IMG/VR virus record: IMGVR_UViG_3300034198_004780
Coordinates: 24,727 to 88,726 of that record
DNA: 64,000 nt
Reading direction: 5' to 3' (one strand)
Source of the DNA: a virus
Shown here: positions 11,153 through 21,647 of the stretch, in pieces
Numbering within the stretch: the first letter of the stretch is position 1
Layout of the letters: each line of letters begins with the position of its first letter
Notes under the pieces: model-generated
The model's database searches: none
The model's input: only the letters and a program-made list of their open reading frames with translations
Told to the model about the DNA's origin: nothing
Made by a program: the position numbers and the translations under genes

Positions 11153-12316
11153 ATGAGCTATACCATATACTACTCAGATCCATCAAAAGTCAATTTTCCT
11201 ATCATTGTTCAAGATGATGTAAAATACAATAGTGTTGGTTCTGGCGGATTAACTTTAGTAGGTAGAAGTTATCCAGGATATGGCCAATCTCTTGCAGAAA
11301 ATTTTGTTCACCTACTAGAAAATTTTGCTAGTCCGGTACCTCCTTCTAATCCTATTGAAGGTCAGTTATGGTATGATTCTAATACCAGTAAGTTGAGATT
11401 AAACGATGGGTCAGCTACAGTTGCTAGATGGAAACCAGTTAATGGTATATTTCAGCAAGCAAATGAACCAGACAACGCTATTGCCGGCGATGTTTGGGTT
11501 GACACTAATACACAAAAATTAAGTATCTATAATGGCAACACAAACTTGTTTGTTCCAGTATCAACCGGCTATTCCGAAGACACCGACACTGGGAGCAGTT
11601 TTGAAACAATAACAGATACGTTAGGTAGTTTTCATCAAGTAGTTGTAAACAAGATAGACGGTACAATAATTTCAGTTGTTGCTGGTGAGGATTTTAATCC
11701 AAACCCACAGTTTGACGGCTTTACTAATTTACGTGCTGGAGTTAATATTGCTAATACTCGAGTATTCAACGGAACCGCGGTACGGTCTAATGCCTTAATC
11801 CAGAATAATATTGCAATTAACGGCAACAACTTCTTAAGAAAAGATACAAGCCAGGGCATAAACGGGCAGTTTAGTATTCTTCAAGACGGATCTGCATTAA
11901 AAATTGGATCAGATTCTAGTTTTATTATTGAAAGAGAATCTGAATATAAAGCTAATTTCATTAATACGTATCCCGATGATGGACAATTTAATTTTAAAGT
12001 TACAAATAATGAACTACAAACAACCGTATTAGAAATCAACGGAGCTACGGTATCACAAGGCATTAAGGTTCGTTCAACCACGGCGGCAACATCGACACTG
12101 ACGGGTGCGTTACAAGTAGTAGGTGGTGTAGGAATTGGCGGCAACTTATTCGTTGGAGGCTGGACAGTACTGAAGTCAACGACTACTTCAGCAGTTAATT
12201 CTTTTATAGGAACTCCAACCGGAGCAACAGTTTACTTTACTAATTTGACCCCTAAAAAGATTGGAGTTTATAGCGGAACTGCTTGGACAGACGCTATTGG
12301 AAATGTTTTAATTTAA
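11153..12316 (+). CDS. Tail-fibre-like protein, paralog 1
   Basis: N-terminal LTLVGRSYPGYG...ENFVHLLENFA...GQLW domain shared with the next three genes; Thr/Ser/Gly-rich body. Confidence 0.65.
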   Translation: MSYTIYYSDPSKVNFPIIVQDDVKYNSVGSGGLTLVGRSYPGYGQSLAENFVHLLENFASPVPPSNPIEGQLWYDSNTSKLRLNDGSATVARWKPVNGIFQQANEPDNAIAGDVWVDTNTQKLSIYNGNTNLFVPVSTGYSEDTDTGSSFETITDTLGSFHQVVVNKIDGTIISVVAGEDFNPNPQFDGFTNLRAGVNIANTRVFNGTAVRSNALIQNNIAINGNNFLRKDTSQGINGQFSILQDGSALKIGSDSSFIIERESEYKANFINTYPDDGQFNFKVTNNELQTTVLEINGATVSQGIKVRSTTAATSTLTGALQVVGGVGIGGNLFVGGWTVLKSTTTSAVNSFIGTPTGATVYFTNLTPKKIGVYSGTAWTDAIGNVLI

Positions 12317-12327
12317 TAGAGAAATAA

Positions 12328-14250
12328 ATGGCATATACACTAAAATTAACAGACGGTAAAATATTAACAACGCTACCTGATCAACAATCGGATAATCTTA
12401 CCACCAGCTTGACATTAATAGGTAAGAATGTAAATGCCTACGGTACTGACATTAATCAAAACTATATAAGACTGTTAGAAAATTTTGCTTTTACTTCTCA
12501 GCCGCGTAGTCCGTTAGAAGGACAACTATGGTTCAGTACGGTAGAACAGAGAATTAAAGTTTACACAAGATCTGGGCAATTTAAGCCAGTCGGTGGACCA
12601 ATTATCTCAGCTACTCAACCTATTACAGTAGTCCCAGGAGACTTTTGGTTTGATTCTGATGCAAGACAACTAAATCTTATAGATCAAAATAACGAACCAA
12701 TTGTCATTGGACCGTCATACGATTCTAGCATAGGAAAATCAGGATGGGTAACCGAACAATTTACTGCAAGTGATCTTTCAACTCAGACTGTTGTAAATTT
12801 ATATGCTAACAATACCCTACTTGGCATATTAAGTGATAGAGCGTTTACTATGTCAAGTACGCTTACTAGCATAACAAATGTGGGTGTTGGATTTAACGCA
12901 AATTATAATTCAACCGCTAAGACACAATTTTATGGAACAGCAACTAGCGCACTAACACTAACAGGCCGCTTTGGTACAATCCTGCCTGAGACAATTTTAG
13001 TTGATGCTCCGGGACTAACAATCACTAATGCGCTATCGATCAGTACCAATACACAATCATTATCAATTGGTAAAAATAAAGATTTTCAATTTTATGTACA
13101 AGGCGCCAATACCACAGCAACAATGCTGATCGGCGGACAGAATGAAGATTTTCAATTAAGAATCAATTCTGCAAATAACGTCAATAAACCACCGGTGTTT
13201 AACGTCAACGGAAGCACCGCTAGGCTTGGTATTTTTAATACTAATCCAACTGTAGATGTAGATATAAACGGCAGCGTTAATATCAACGGAAATTTATCAG
13301 TATCGGGCTCGTCAACTTTTATTACTTCTAGTAATTTATTGATTTCTGATAAAACAGTTGAGCTAGCTTATTCTACCGAAACCTACAGCAATGCACTGGC
13401 CGACGGCGGCGGCATAATATTACACGCCGGAGTTGACAAAACAATAACTTGGGGGTCAACATACGATGCCTGGACATTCTCTACTCATGTTGATTTGCAA
13501 AATACGTCACTGGCATACAAGATTGGCGGAGTAGATGTTCTTACTCAAGGTACGTTAGCTGCATCTGTAACACAAGCTCCAGGATTAATACAGGTTGGCC
13601 CGTTAACTACAGCAACAATTGGCCAACTTAAATTTGATAATTCAACAATTGGCGCAACAGTATTCGGTACTGTAATAACCGTAGGCGACAGCAATACTGC
13701 AAATATTAATTTTGCCGGTAAAAAATTATTTAATGCACTAGGACCATCTTCCAGCGATTCACGTAGTACCGTAGCAACAAAAGGATATGTTGATGATACA
13801 GCAGGAGTTGCGGCTAATCAAAAGCCAGTAGTAACTATTGACGTAACTGGAATAGCAGACAGTCCGGAAGATCCTCGATTAGATGCTTACGTAATTGACA
13901 TGTTAACACGTCTGTTGCCACCGGGGGATGATGAGCCTGACCCAGCATTCCGTACTCCGAATGGTTCTAGAGCTCGAGTACTTGCAATTAGATATACAAC
14001 TCCTGAACAATTAAATGTACCTAGTGAATTTATAGATTTAGGATTACGAGTATTAGTTGATAGCGGCGGCATTCAAAATTCTGCCAGTGTTGTTGGATAT
14101 TCTACTGCTATTAGAGCATCTACAAACATACCAGGAACAAACTTAGGAATTAATAGATGCATTAAACAATATATTGTATCTGGTGGAATTTGGGCTGGGC
14201 TGATTTATTCTGGCTCCTCTAACATTGTTTATACCGACGGCACTTGGTAA
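12328..14250 (+). CDS. Tail-fibre-like protein, paralog 2
   Basis: Same N-terminal domain (LTLIGKNVNAYG...LLENFA...GQLW); ATKGYVD fibre-type motif. Confidence 0.65.
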   Translation: MAYTLKLTDGKILTTLPDQQSDNLTTSLTLIGKNVNAYGTDINQNYIRLLENFAFTSQPRSPLEGQLWFSTVEQRIKVYTRSGQFKPVGGPIISATQPITVVPGDFWFDSDARQLNLIDQNNEPIVIGPSYDSSIGKSGWVTEQFTASDLSTQTVVNLYANNTLLGILSDRAFTMSSTLTSITNVGVGFNANYNSTAKTQFYGTATSALTLTGRFGTILPETILVDAPGLTITNALSISTNTQSLSIGKNKDFQFYVQGANTTATMLIGGQNEDFQLRINSANNVNKPPVFNVNGSTARLGIFNTNPTVDVDINGSVNINGNLSVSGSSTFITSSNLLISDKTVELAYSTETYSNALADGGGIILHAGVDKTITWGSTYDAWTFSTHVDLQNTSLAYKIGGVDVLTQGTLAASVTQAPGLIQVGPLTTATIGQLKFDNSTIGATVFGTVITVGDSNTANINFAGKKLFNALGPSSSDSRSTVATKGYVDDTAGVAANQKPVVTIDVTGIADSPEDPRLDAYVIDMLTRLLPPGDDEPDPAFRTPNGSRARVLAIRYTTPEQLNVPSEFIDLGLRVLVDSGGIQNSASVVGYSTAIRASTNIPGTNLGINRCIKQYIVSGGIWAGLIYSGSSNIVYTDGTW

Positions 14251-14260
14251 GGGAAAGATA

Positions 14261-15862
14261 ATGTCATATACTATAAGCAAGACAAACGGCACAACATTGA
14301 TAGTTTTAAACGACGGGTTGGTTGACAAAAATGCAACATCGTTGTCTTTAGTTGGAAAAAATGTCAGCAGTTTTGGGGATGCGCAAAATGAAAATTTTGT
14401 TCATCTATTAGAAAACTTTGCTGGCGAGTTACAACCAAGAAGTCCGTTACAAGGACAGTTATGGTTTGACTCCTCGGCCAATGTAGCTCGTCCTGCTGTG
14501 TTTGATGGTGTTAAATGGCGTCCTCTAGCAGTCAGTCTTTACAGCAACACGTCCACTAACGCTATTATAGACAGCAACGGAGCAGTATTTACAGCCAACC
14601 AGCCTGGCGATTTTTGGTTTGATAGTGTTAACAAACAACTACATGTAGTTTCAGGCACATCAAATGAAACAACAATAATCGGTCCAGAAGCTGTAAAAGA
14701 CTTCGGTACTACAAAATTAGCATCAGTTAAAATGATTGATACTGCTAATCAAGGCCATCCAGTAATTCAAATGGTACTTGACGGCGAAATAATTGGAATA
14801 CTTAGTAATACTACTTTTAATTCTACAGCTACTGGATTTACTAAAGTTTTCCGCGGGCTAACATTTAAAAATTATAGTTCAAGTACTCTTTATACAACAA
14901 CAAGCTCGGACGTAGTTCTACACGGATTACACGAACAATTAGATCGATCTTTTACTAGACGTTCAATTAACGAACATATTCAAGCAGACTGGTATATTGA
15001 CAACAGCTATACATTAAACTTTGGCACAACGGGCCAGTCGTCAGTGACTTGGAGTACTGCAACTTCTAGATTATTGCTTACTTCGTTGGGCAGTATTAGA
15101 TTACAATCTGCAACCACTGCTGTTACATTTGACGGAAGTTCTGTCACTGCTTCTGCTAACACGGTTAATATAGGATCAACTTCTACAAGATTTAACATAG
15201 TTTATGCTAACACAGTAGATGCAAATACTGTTACTGCAAATGTTTTTAACGGTGTTGCAATATTTGACAATGGAGCTCGCGTACTTACAACTGCAACTAT
15301 TGGAGACTTTGGTACACAATTTATCAAAGGCACTGAAAATCAAATTACAGTTACTCCAAATACTGGTACAGTTACACTTAGCTTGTCTAACATAGTTGAT
15401 ATTAAACGACTACGTGGAGGCAATGCAGGCAATGCGGGAACTATATCAGGTACTTGGACATTAGAAAGCGGATCAAGTTTACAAGCTACCTATGCTGACT
15501 TGGCCGAGTGTTATCAAGCTGATACAGAATACGAACCAGGTACTGTGTTAGAATTTGGCGGTGAGTTCGAAGTAACAATAGCCGAGGATGGTACAAGAAG
15601 AGTCGCCGGAGTAGTGTCTACTGCGCCTGCATACTTAATGAATAGACAGTTAATGGGTGCAAATGTTGTTTCTGTAGCACTATCTGGACGAGTTCCTTGT
15701 AAGGTTCGTGGAAAAATATGCAAAGGAGACATGATGGTTTCTGCTGGTAGCGGGTATGCCCGGGCTGAATATTCACCCATCATGGGCAGTGTTATAGGCA
15801 AGGCACTTGAAAACTTTGAAGGCGTTGAAGGCGTAATCGAAGTAGTAGTAGGACGTCTATAA
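14261..15862 (+). CDS. Tail-fibre-like protein, paralog 3, with C-terminal intramolecular-chaperone-like domain
   Basis: Start moved to ATG 14261 (MSYTIS) to match paralogs. C-terminal ATYADLAECY...PGTV...GRVPCKV domain resembles fibre autocleaving chaperones. Confidence 0.65.
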   Translation: MSYTISKTNGTTLIVLNDGLVDKNATSLSLVGKNVSSFGDAQNENFVHLLENFAGELQPRSPLQGQLWFDSSANVARPAVFDGVKWRPLAVSLYSNTSTNAIIDSNGAVFTANQPGDFWFDSVNKQLHVVSGTSNETTIIGPEAVKDFGTTKLASVKMIDTANQGHPVIQMVLDGEIIGILSNTTFNSTATGFTKVFRGLTFKNYSSSTLYTTTSSDVVLHGLHEQLDRSFTRRSINEHIQADWYIDNSYTLNFGTTGQSSVTWSTATSRLLLTSLGSIRLQSATTAVTFDGSSVTASANTVNIGSTSTRFNIVYANTVDANTVTANVFNGVAIFDNGARVLTTATIGDFGTQFIKGTENQITVTPNTGTVTLSLSNIVDIKRLRGGNAGNAGTISGTWTLESGSSLQATYADLAECYQADTEYEPGTVLEFGGEFEVTIAEDGTRRVAGVVSTAPAYLMNRQLMGANVVSVALSGRVPCKVRGKICKGDMMVSAGSGYARAEYSPIMGSVIGKALENFEGVEGVIEVVVGRL

Positions 15863-15889
15863 ATTTTACGATAAATAGTTGAAAATAAT

Positions 15890-17521
15890 ATGCCATATAC
15901 AATAAACAGAACCAACGGATTAAAAATAACAGTAGTTCAGGACGGTACAATCAATACTTCTGCGCTTGACATTACTCTTATCGGAAAAAATTATACAGGG
16001 TATGGTGAAACATTTAACGAAAATTTTGTAAAACTATTAGAAAATTTTTCAAATACTACTCCTCCCAAAAAGCCGTTGTCCGGGCAACTATTTTTTAATT
16101 CTAGTACCAAGTCTTTAAAAGTTTACGACGGCACTAAATTTAAATCAATCGGAGTTGTTGAAAGCAGTGACACTAAACCGACAGGTATGAATGCTGGCGA
16201 TCTATGGTATAAAACATCAGAAAAACGTTTATATGCCTATAGCGGAGTTGGATCTGATTGGATATTAGTAGGGCCCATATCAACTAAAGCATCTGTCAGT
16301 GGGGCAATTGAAGCAACTATCACTGCTACTAACTTAGTTTCACAAACAATTTTGAAACAAATTGTAGCAGGCCAAAATACATTTATATCATCCGCGGATC
16401 GATTTGATGTTTCCCCAACCGATGATGCGTATTCTGTATTTCCTAGAATTAAACAAGGAATAACATTTCCAAGCGCAGACGCTAACGGAATAAGTTATTC
16501 TCCTAATGTGTTTGGACATATTCTATGGGGTACCAGTGCCACTGCATTAGGGCTTGTTAAAAATAATGGAGATTATGTATCGGCTGATGATTATTTAAGA
16601 AGGTCAGAACTTGCGTCTATAACCGGATCAATTACAGTTAATAATGATGATGGTATTTTAATCGGTTCTCAGGATGTGTTAAAATTGCACATTACTGATA
16701 GTAATGTAGCCAACGCCAGTGTTATTAATGGATCAATTTTAAAAATCAATGCAAGATATAATGGCAATCAATATTATAACATTATTAGTTTAACTACAGG
16801 AACTAATAACGATCCTAAAGTACTACCTAATCCTGCAGCAACGGTTTATATTGGAACATCATCAAATCCATTTAGCTACGCATATGTTAATACGGTTACT
16901 TCTAATGCTATTTACGATAATGGTGCACGAGTACTTACTACTTCGACAATTGCCGGAACTGCTAATCAAATTAACGTAACTGCAGGTATTGGCGCTATTA
17001 CACTTAGCCTTCCGCAAAATATTCATGCTAGTGCAAGCCCAAGATTTAATGGAATGACATTAAGTAGTTTAACTGCTGGATCATCTCCCTCAATTATTAA
17101 CGGAGCTTGGCAATTAGCTGCCGGCGCAACTTTTCAAGCAACCTATGCCGACTTAGCAGAACGCTATGCCGCTGATGCTGAATATACTCCAGGAACTGTT
17201 TTAATCATTGGTGGAATTGCAGAAGTTACCACAACTGATCGCCACGGAAATACTGCGGTTGCTGGCATAGTATCTACTAACCCAGCGTACACACTAAATG
17301 AAACTGCTGGTGATAATTCTACACATCCGTATGTTGCTCTTAAAGGTCGAGTTCCCTGTAAAGTAACAGGATCAATTAGCAAGGGAGATTTGCTAGTTAC
17401 TTCATATAAAACAGGATACGCAGAACGTGCTCATGCTAATGATAACCCAAATGCTATCCTAGGACGAGCATTAGCAGATTTTGATGGTGATGACGGAGTT
17501 ATCGAAGTAATGATTGCCTAA
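15890..17521 (+). CDS. Tail-fibre-like protein, paralog 4, with C-terminal intramolecular-chaperone-like domain
   Basis: Shared N-terminal domain; C-terminal ATYADLAERY...PGTV...GRVPCKV. Confidence 0.65.
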   Translation: MPYTINRTNGLKITVVQDGTINTSALDITLIGKNYTGYGETFNENFVKLLENFSNTTPPKKPLSGQLFFNSSTKSLKVYDGTKFKSIGVVESSDTKPTGMNAGDLWYKTSEKRLYAYSGVGSDWILVGPISTKASVSGAIEATITATNLVSQTILKQIVAGQNTFISSADRFDVSPTDDAYSVFPRIKQGITFPSADANGISYSPNVFGHILWGTSATALGLVKNNGDYVSADDYLRRSELASITGSITVNNDDGILIGSQDVLKLHITDSNVANASVINGSILKINARYNGNQYYNIISLTTGTNNDPKVLPNPAATVYIGTSSNPFSYAYVNTVTSNAIYDNGARVLTTSTIAGTANQINVTAGIGAITLSLPQNIHASASPRFNGMTLSSLTAGSSPSIINGAWQLAAGATFQATYADLAERYAADAEYTPGTVLIIGGIAEVTTTDRHGNTAVAGIVSTNPAYTLNETAGDNSTHPYVALKGRVPCKVTGSISKGDLLVTSYKTGYAERAHANDNPNAILGRALADFDGDDGVIEVMIA

Positions 17522-17537
17522 TCATTTTTTGGTTAAC

Positions 17538-17565
17538 GAAAAGGGACACCTCGGTGTCCCTTTTC
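17538..17565. terminator. Bidirectional intrinsic terminator
   Basis: GAAAAGGGACACC-TC-GGTGTCCCTTTTC perfect inverted repeat between convergent gene blocks. Confidence 0.9.
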
Positions 17566-17579
17566 TTTGGAGATAAAAA

Positions 17580-18164
17580 TTAAACAGTTTCTTTAGTCTT
17601 CTTTTTAGGAGGATCTAATTCATCTGCTGTTTTACGGAGTTTAGCAGCTTCTTTATATAAAGCATCTGCGCGAGACCGCATTTCAGTTGGAGATAATTCA
17701 ACATTATTACTAATTGTTTCTTCTACTATTGCTGGAATCTTAGTACCTAATCCATCGTCAATTGTGGGTACTACTGAATTAGACCCGTCTTTTATGGTCA
17801 AATCATTTAGGGTTATTCCCTGTTGTTGAGCAATGATATTGTTCAACTCGTCCAATGGAATTGATGTTTTAGTATCTGGAGTAACCAGGACTGAGGTTGT
17901 TGCAACTTTTTTTAACATTCCGTTGGTATGCACAAACTGTAACATGTTTGAACCATCTGGAAATTTACGGACAGACATAATATCAGCTAGTTCGTTAGCC
18001 TGCTGGCCTGCCTCTGATTCCAAAAGAGTCATTAAAGAATCATGATAACTATCTGGGAGACCTTGTGTACCGATTACTAGAGCAGAGTATGGGTCTCCTG
18101 GAATTGTTCGATATGCAATAACAACCCTTGCGGCATTGTTTTTCATTTTACCAACGTGTTTCAT
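17580..18164 (-). CDS. Hypothetical protein
   Basis: 194-aa ORF with AGGAG Shine-Dalgarno (SD). Confidence 0.7.
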   Translation of the reverse strand: MKHVGKMKNNAARVVIAYRTIPGDPYSALVIGTQGLPDSYHDSLMTLLESEAGQQANELADIMSVRKFPDGSNMLQFVHTNGMLKKVATTSVLVTPDTKTSIPLDELNNIIAQQQGITLNDLTIKDGSNSVVPTIDDGLGTKIPAIVEETISNNVELSPTEMRSRADALYKEAAKLRKTADELDPPKKKTKETV

Positions 18165-18176
18165 TTTAATCTCCTA

Positions 18177-18428
18177 TTAGGCTTCTGTAGTTTCAGCAGC
18201 AGGTTGTTGGGTAGCCACAGCATTTAGGAATCCATCTAATTTATTAAATGCACTTCCTACTGCTGCCATTTCAGCTGCCTTAAATGCACCACGCTGACTT
18301 GCTACGTCGATAATAGCACGTAGATTGCCTAGGTCCTGGATTGTTAATTCTGGACTAGCTGATGCCTGTGATTCTGGTGTTTGCTCTGCTGATGTTGTTT
18401 CTACTGCTGCTTGTTGTTTTGTAGACAT
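18177..18428 (-). CDS. Hypothetical protein
   Basis: 83-aa ORF with AGGAG SD. Confidence 0.7.
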   Translation of the reverse strand: MSTKQQAAVETTSAEQTPESQASASPELTIQDLGNLRAIIDVASQRGAFKAAEMAAVGSAFNKLDGFLNAVATQQPAAETTEA

Positions 18429-18437
18429 TTTAATCTC

Positions 18438-18719
18438 CTATGTGTTCTTGTCTAAGTAAGGACATGTTAGACTCAATATAGTTAGTTCTTTTGCATCCTC
18501 GACTCCAATTTCTTGAATCTCTAACATTTTGTTACTTGAATCTACTTTTAACGATTTGGTAATTGAATACCTGCTATCTAAGTTATGATAAATCCAAGCA
18601 TCTATTGCGTCAATACTATGTGTCTTAACGATCATTTTAGCAAAGTGTTGAGGTATGTAAGTTAAACGTCTTGCGCCCAAGATATTGAGCGGATTTACAG
18701 ACCCTTTTCCTAAAGCCAT
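18438..18719 (-). CDS. Hypothetical protein
   Basis: 93-aa ORF, tightly packed in operon. Confidence 0.65.
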   Translation of the reverse strand: MALGKGSVNPLNILGARRLTYIPQHFAKMIVKTHSIDAIDAWIYHNLDSRYSITKSLKVDSSNKMLEIQEIGVEDAKELTILSLTCPYLDKNT

Positions 18720-18731
18720 AATGTACCTACT

Positions 18732-19991
18732 TTATTTATAATATGCAACCTGGCCATATGGTGGAATTATGGATTCCGTACCGTGAATAATAAACAGTGT
18801 TTCGCAGAACTCTTCTGGACCCCAACTGCCGCATGGATATCCGTCTGTAAACATAATAAAACGTTTTGGATCAATATCGTTTTCTTCCATAAAACGGAAG
18901 TTGGCTTCAAAGTCTGTACCGCCCCCGCCCTTAACTTCGTAGCTCAAAATGTCACTGGCAGTATCTGCTGTAAACTCGGCAAAATTATAAACATCAGTGT
19001 CAAAGCACCAAAGTTTGAGTTTAAAATCTACATATTCGTCCATAATGCCTTTAACTTCGCTGATAAAGTCTTTGGCCTGCTTGTCCGAAATACTGCCGCT
19101 CATATCAATAGCACAACATACATCCACTGTTTCGTCATTGATCATACCTGGTAAAATAGCACCAGTCATTTGGCTTTTACGATTTGGACGGCTAAAGCTG
19201 AAGTTGCTCTTAAGAATACTTTGGATATTCATACGCAACAGTTCACGCCAATCCATTTTAGGTTCTGTAAAATCTTTAATCATACGTGCTACACCTGCTG
19301 GAATCTTACCAGCACCTGCGGCCTGTGCGGCACTGACCATAGCTTCTTTGATCTCATCGCGGATCTGCTTCTTTTCTTCAGCAGTTAGTTTAGGACGACC
19401 TTTGCCCTTGCCTTCTTGATCCCCACCGTCGTCATCCTCACCTTCTCCATCGCCTTCACCATCCAAATGCTCATCAAGCAATTCGCCTAGTGAACCGATG
19501 TCAATCTTTTCTGCTTTTTCATAAACATCATCATAAATCTGCTCATATGACCAACCACGATATTTGTTGTCTTGGAAGATTTTGATCCATTCTGGAACTT
19601 CGCCAATGCGTTCATCTTTGAGGATTTGATTAGCGGCATAGTCAGCGGCAATGTTTGACAATGTTGGGTCACGGCTATCACGACGACCCATATGATCAAA
19701 TACGTTATGTAGGACCTCGTGAGCAAATCCAAACTCTGCTTGTTTTGGAGTAAGACGATCTACAAATCCTACATTGTAATAAAATGTACGACCATCTGTA
19801 GCAAGTGTAGGACACCAATCACTAGCATCAACTAATTTCAAACGAGTAGCAAGATTGCCAAAGAACGGATGACGCAACAAAAGACCAACACGAGCCGTAG
19901 TTAACTTTTCGATAACCTTGTTCTTTTCCTCGTTGGTAAAAACACGAGTCTTGTCAATTTTTTTAGTACGCTCTTGCTTCATTGTAGTCAT
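18732..19991 (-). CDS. Metallopeptidase-like + vWA domain protein (DUF2201-like)
   Basis: HEVLH zincin motif, acidic linker, MIDAS-like DMSGS...GGGT...FTDG. Confidence 0.85.
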   Translation of the reverse strand: MTTMKQERTKKIDKTRVFTNEEKNKVIEKLTTARVGLLLRHPFFGNLATRLKLVDASDWCPTLATDGRTFYYNVGFVDRLTPKQAEFGFAHEVLHNVFDHMGRRDSRDPTLSNIAADYAANQILKDERIGEVPEWIKIFQDNKYRGWSYEQIYDDVYEKAEKIDIGSLGELLDEHLDGEGDGEGEDDDGGDQEGKGKGRPKLTAEEKKQIRDEIKEAMVSAAQAAGAGKIPAGVARMIKDFTEPKMDWRELLRMNIQSILKSNFSFSRPNRKSQMTGAILPGMINDETVDVCCAIDMSGSISDKQAKDFISEVKGIMDEYVDFKLKLWCFDTDVYNFAEFTADTASDILSYEVKGGGGTDFEANFRFMEENDIDPKRFIMFTDGYPCGSWGPEEFCETLFIIHGTESIIPPYGQVAYYK

Positions 19992-20023
19992 TTTGGGTTC
20001 CTAGTATTTCAGTGTATGTATAT

Positions 20024-20052
20024 ATTATACAGTTATTCTTTGGTTTTGTCAA
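20024..20052 (-). promoter_or_regulatory. Sigma70-type promoter
   Basis: TTGACA-17 nt-TATAAT upstream of the vWA gene. Confidence 0.85.
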
Positions 20053-20218
20053 GTCCAAAATGAGCCAGAATCATCTCGTCTAAAACCAAACAACTGCATG
20101 TAGTTCTGTTAAATTCAGCTGCCTCTTCAATGATCAGTTTGGCAAATAAGTCCAATCCCTCTTGATCTGGATTATCTTCAATTCCGGCTTTTTGTTTAAG
20201 TTCAGTTAAGTTTGTCAT
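20033..20218 (-). CDS. Small hypothetical protein
   Basis: 61-aa ORF coupled to the upstream ORF by an ATGA overlap. Confidence 0.6.
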   Translation of the reverse strand: MTNLTELKQKAGIEDNPDQEGLDLFAKLIIEEAAEFNRTTCSCLVLDEMILAHFGLDKTKE

Positions 20219-20286
20219 TCGCTAGTGTCTACAGCTACAATAATAGCAACTAGAGCAATCAAGATCAAAGCAATCCACATATCCAT
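20215..20286 (-). CDS. 23-aa single-pass membrane microprotein (not in ORF track)
   Basis: MDMWIALILIALVAIIVAVDTSE; TAATG overlap upstream and ATGA overlap downstream. Confidence 0.6.
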   Translation of the reverse strand: MDMWIALILIALVAIIVAVDTSE

Positions 20287-20453
20287 TAGTAATTTTCTTT
20301 AACCAAATAGTATTGTGGCTTTGGATATTTCTCTAAAATTTCTTCGCTTTTGATAAATGCGTTCATAACTGGAGCAGTAAAAAACATTTTATTGAGTACT
20401 GGTTTATGTGTTTCTGAATCGATCACGCTTAGATACCATGATTTTACAGCCAT
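20286..20453 (-). CDS. 55-aa hypothetical protein (not in ORF track)
   Basis: MAVKSWYLSVIDSETHKPV...LVKENY; purine-rich upstream region; fills the gap exactly. Confidence 0.65.
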   Translation of the reverse strand: MAVKSWYLSVIDSETHKPVLNKMFFTAPVMNAFIKSEEILEKYPKPQYYLVKENY

Positions 20454-20488
20454 ATTATATTCTCTTTTCTTTTATTGTGTGTTAAGTG

Positions 20489-20509
20489 AAAAAGGACCCC
20501 GTAGGGTCC
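20489..20509 (-). terminator. Intrinsic terminator with cUACGg tetraloop
   Basis: GGACCC-TACG-GGGTCC-TTTTT directly after the AAA gene stop. Confidence 0.85.
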
Positions 20510-20513
20510 AATT

Positions 20514-21596
20514 TTAATTCTCCATTGCTGAGATAATGTACTTGCCGTATTTGGCGTGGAACTCATCAAAGCTCTTGAGCTTGCTGGCATCAAACGGTAA
20601 GCTGTATTGTGTAAGGGCAACTTTGGCACCCATAACAACCAACTCGGTTGGGAAATTATCCATCATAAAACGGAAGAAACAATCAGCCATGTCATTCCAG
20701 TTCTTGACTTTCTTTTCATGTGCTGTTTGTAATTCATAGCACATACTAATAGTCAAAGAATACATTGCTGAAATCTCTTTAATCTCCAACTTTGTAACCT
20801 CACCATTTAAAATAGCTTCAGGCTTTGGCAACTGATTGGCAATTTTGCGATGTGCCATAAACTTCACTGCCAGACCATCCCCGATAGCGCCAGCTACGAG
20901 ATCAGTGAGCGTGTTCTCCGGCAAGTCATCGTCACCGAGGAGGTCTGACACGAAGCTCCATGAACGAGGCGTGGCAAACGCACGACTCGAACTTTTTGGA
21001 TCAAAGTCGTAGAGGTCTTGTTTAGCAAAACCACAGTAACCTACAACTTGTTCGTGAATCTTATTTTTAACAGCCCATTCTTGCCAATCATCATAATTAG
21101 TTTTAAGTTCTAAATGTAAGAAACGATTAGCTAACGGAGCAGGCATACGATATGTAACACCTTTGTCGCTTTCGCGGTTACCAGCGGCAACAATACTAAC
21201 ACCTTTTGGTAAATGATATGTACCTACTCGACCATTAAGAATCAGTTGATACGCCGCGGCCTGCGTAGCCGGGGCCGCGGAATTTAATTCGTCTAAGAAT
21301 AGAACTGCGGTACTATCTGGATCACTTGGCAACTCGCTCGGAGCCGCCCATTGCATTGTTTGTGCTTCTGGATTAAAGAATGGAATACCTTTAATATCTG
21401 TAGGTTCCCAAAGTGATAAACGGACGTCAACAACTTCACGGTCTGTTTCTTCTGCAATCTGTTTAACAATGTCTGATTTGCCAATACCAGGAGCTCCCCA
21501 AAGGAATACTGGACGGCTCACTTTAAAGCATTTACGAATAGCCGCTTTGGCTTCGTTAGGTGTTTGTGTACGATTAGAACTGATTGACTCTGCCAT
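20514..21596 (-). CDS. MoxR-like AAA+ ATPase
   Basis: Walker A GAPGIGKS, Walker B LFLDE, AAGN, LANRF arginine finger, TPRSW; vWA partner nearby. Confidence 0.85.
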   Translation of the reverse strand: MAESISSNRTQTPNEAKAAIRKCFKVSRPVFLWGAPGIGKSDIVKQIAEETDREVVDVRLSLWEPTDIKGIPFFNPEAQTMQWAAPSELPSDPDSTAVLFLDELNSAAPATQAAAYQLILNGRVGTYHLPKGVSIVAAGNRESDKGVTYRMPAPLANRFLHLELKTNYDDWQEWAVKNKIHEQVVGYCGFAKQDLYDFDPKSSSRAFATPRSWSFVSDLLGDDDLPENTLTDLVAGAIGDGLAVKFMAHRKIANQLPKPEAILNGEVTKLEIKEISAMYSLTISMCYELQTAHEKKVKNWNDMADCFFRFMMDNFPTELVVMGAKVALTQYSLPFDASKLKSFDEFHAKYGKYIISAMEN

Positions 21597-21647
21597 TTTA
21601 TGTCTCTTTCTATAAAAGTTAGTTTACAACGCTCACTGCATACATAT

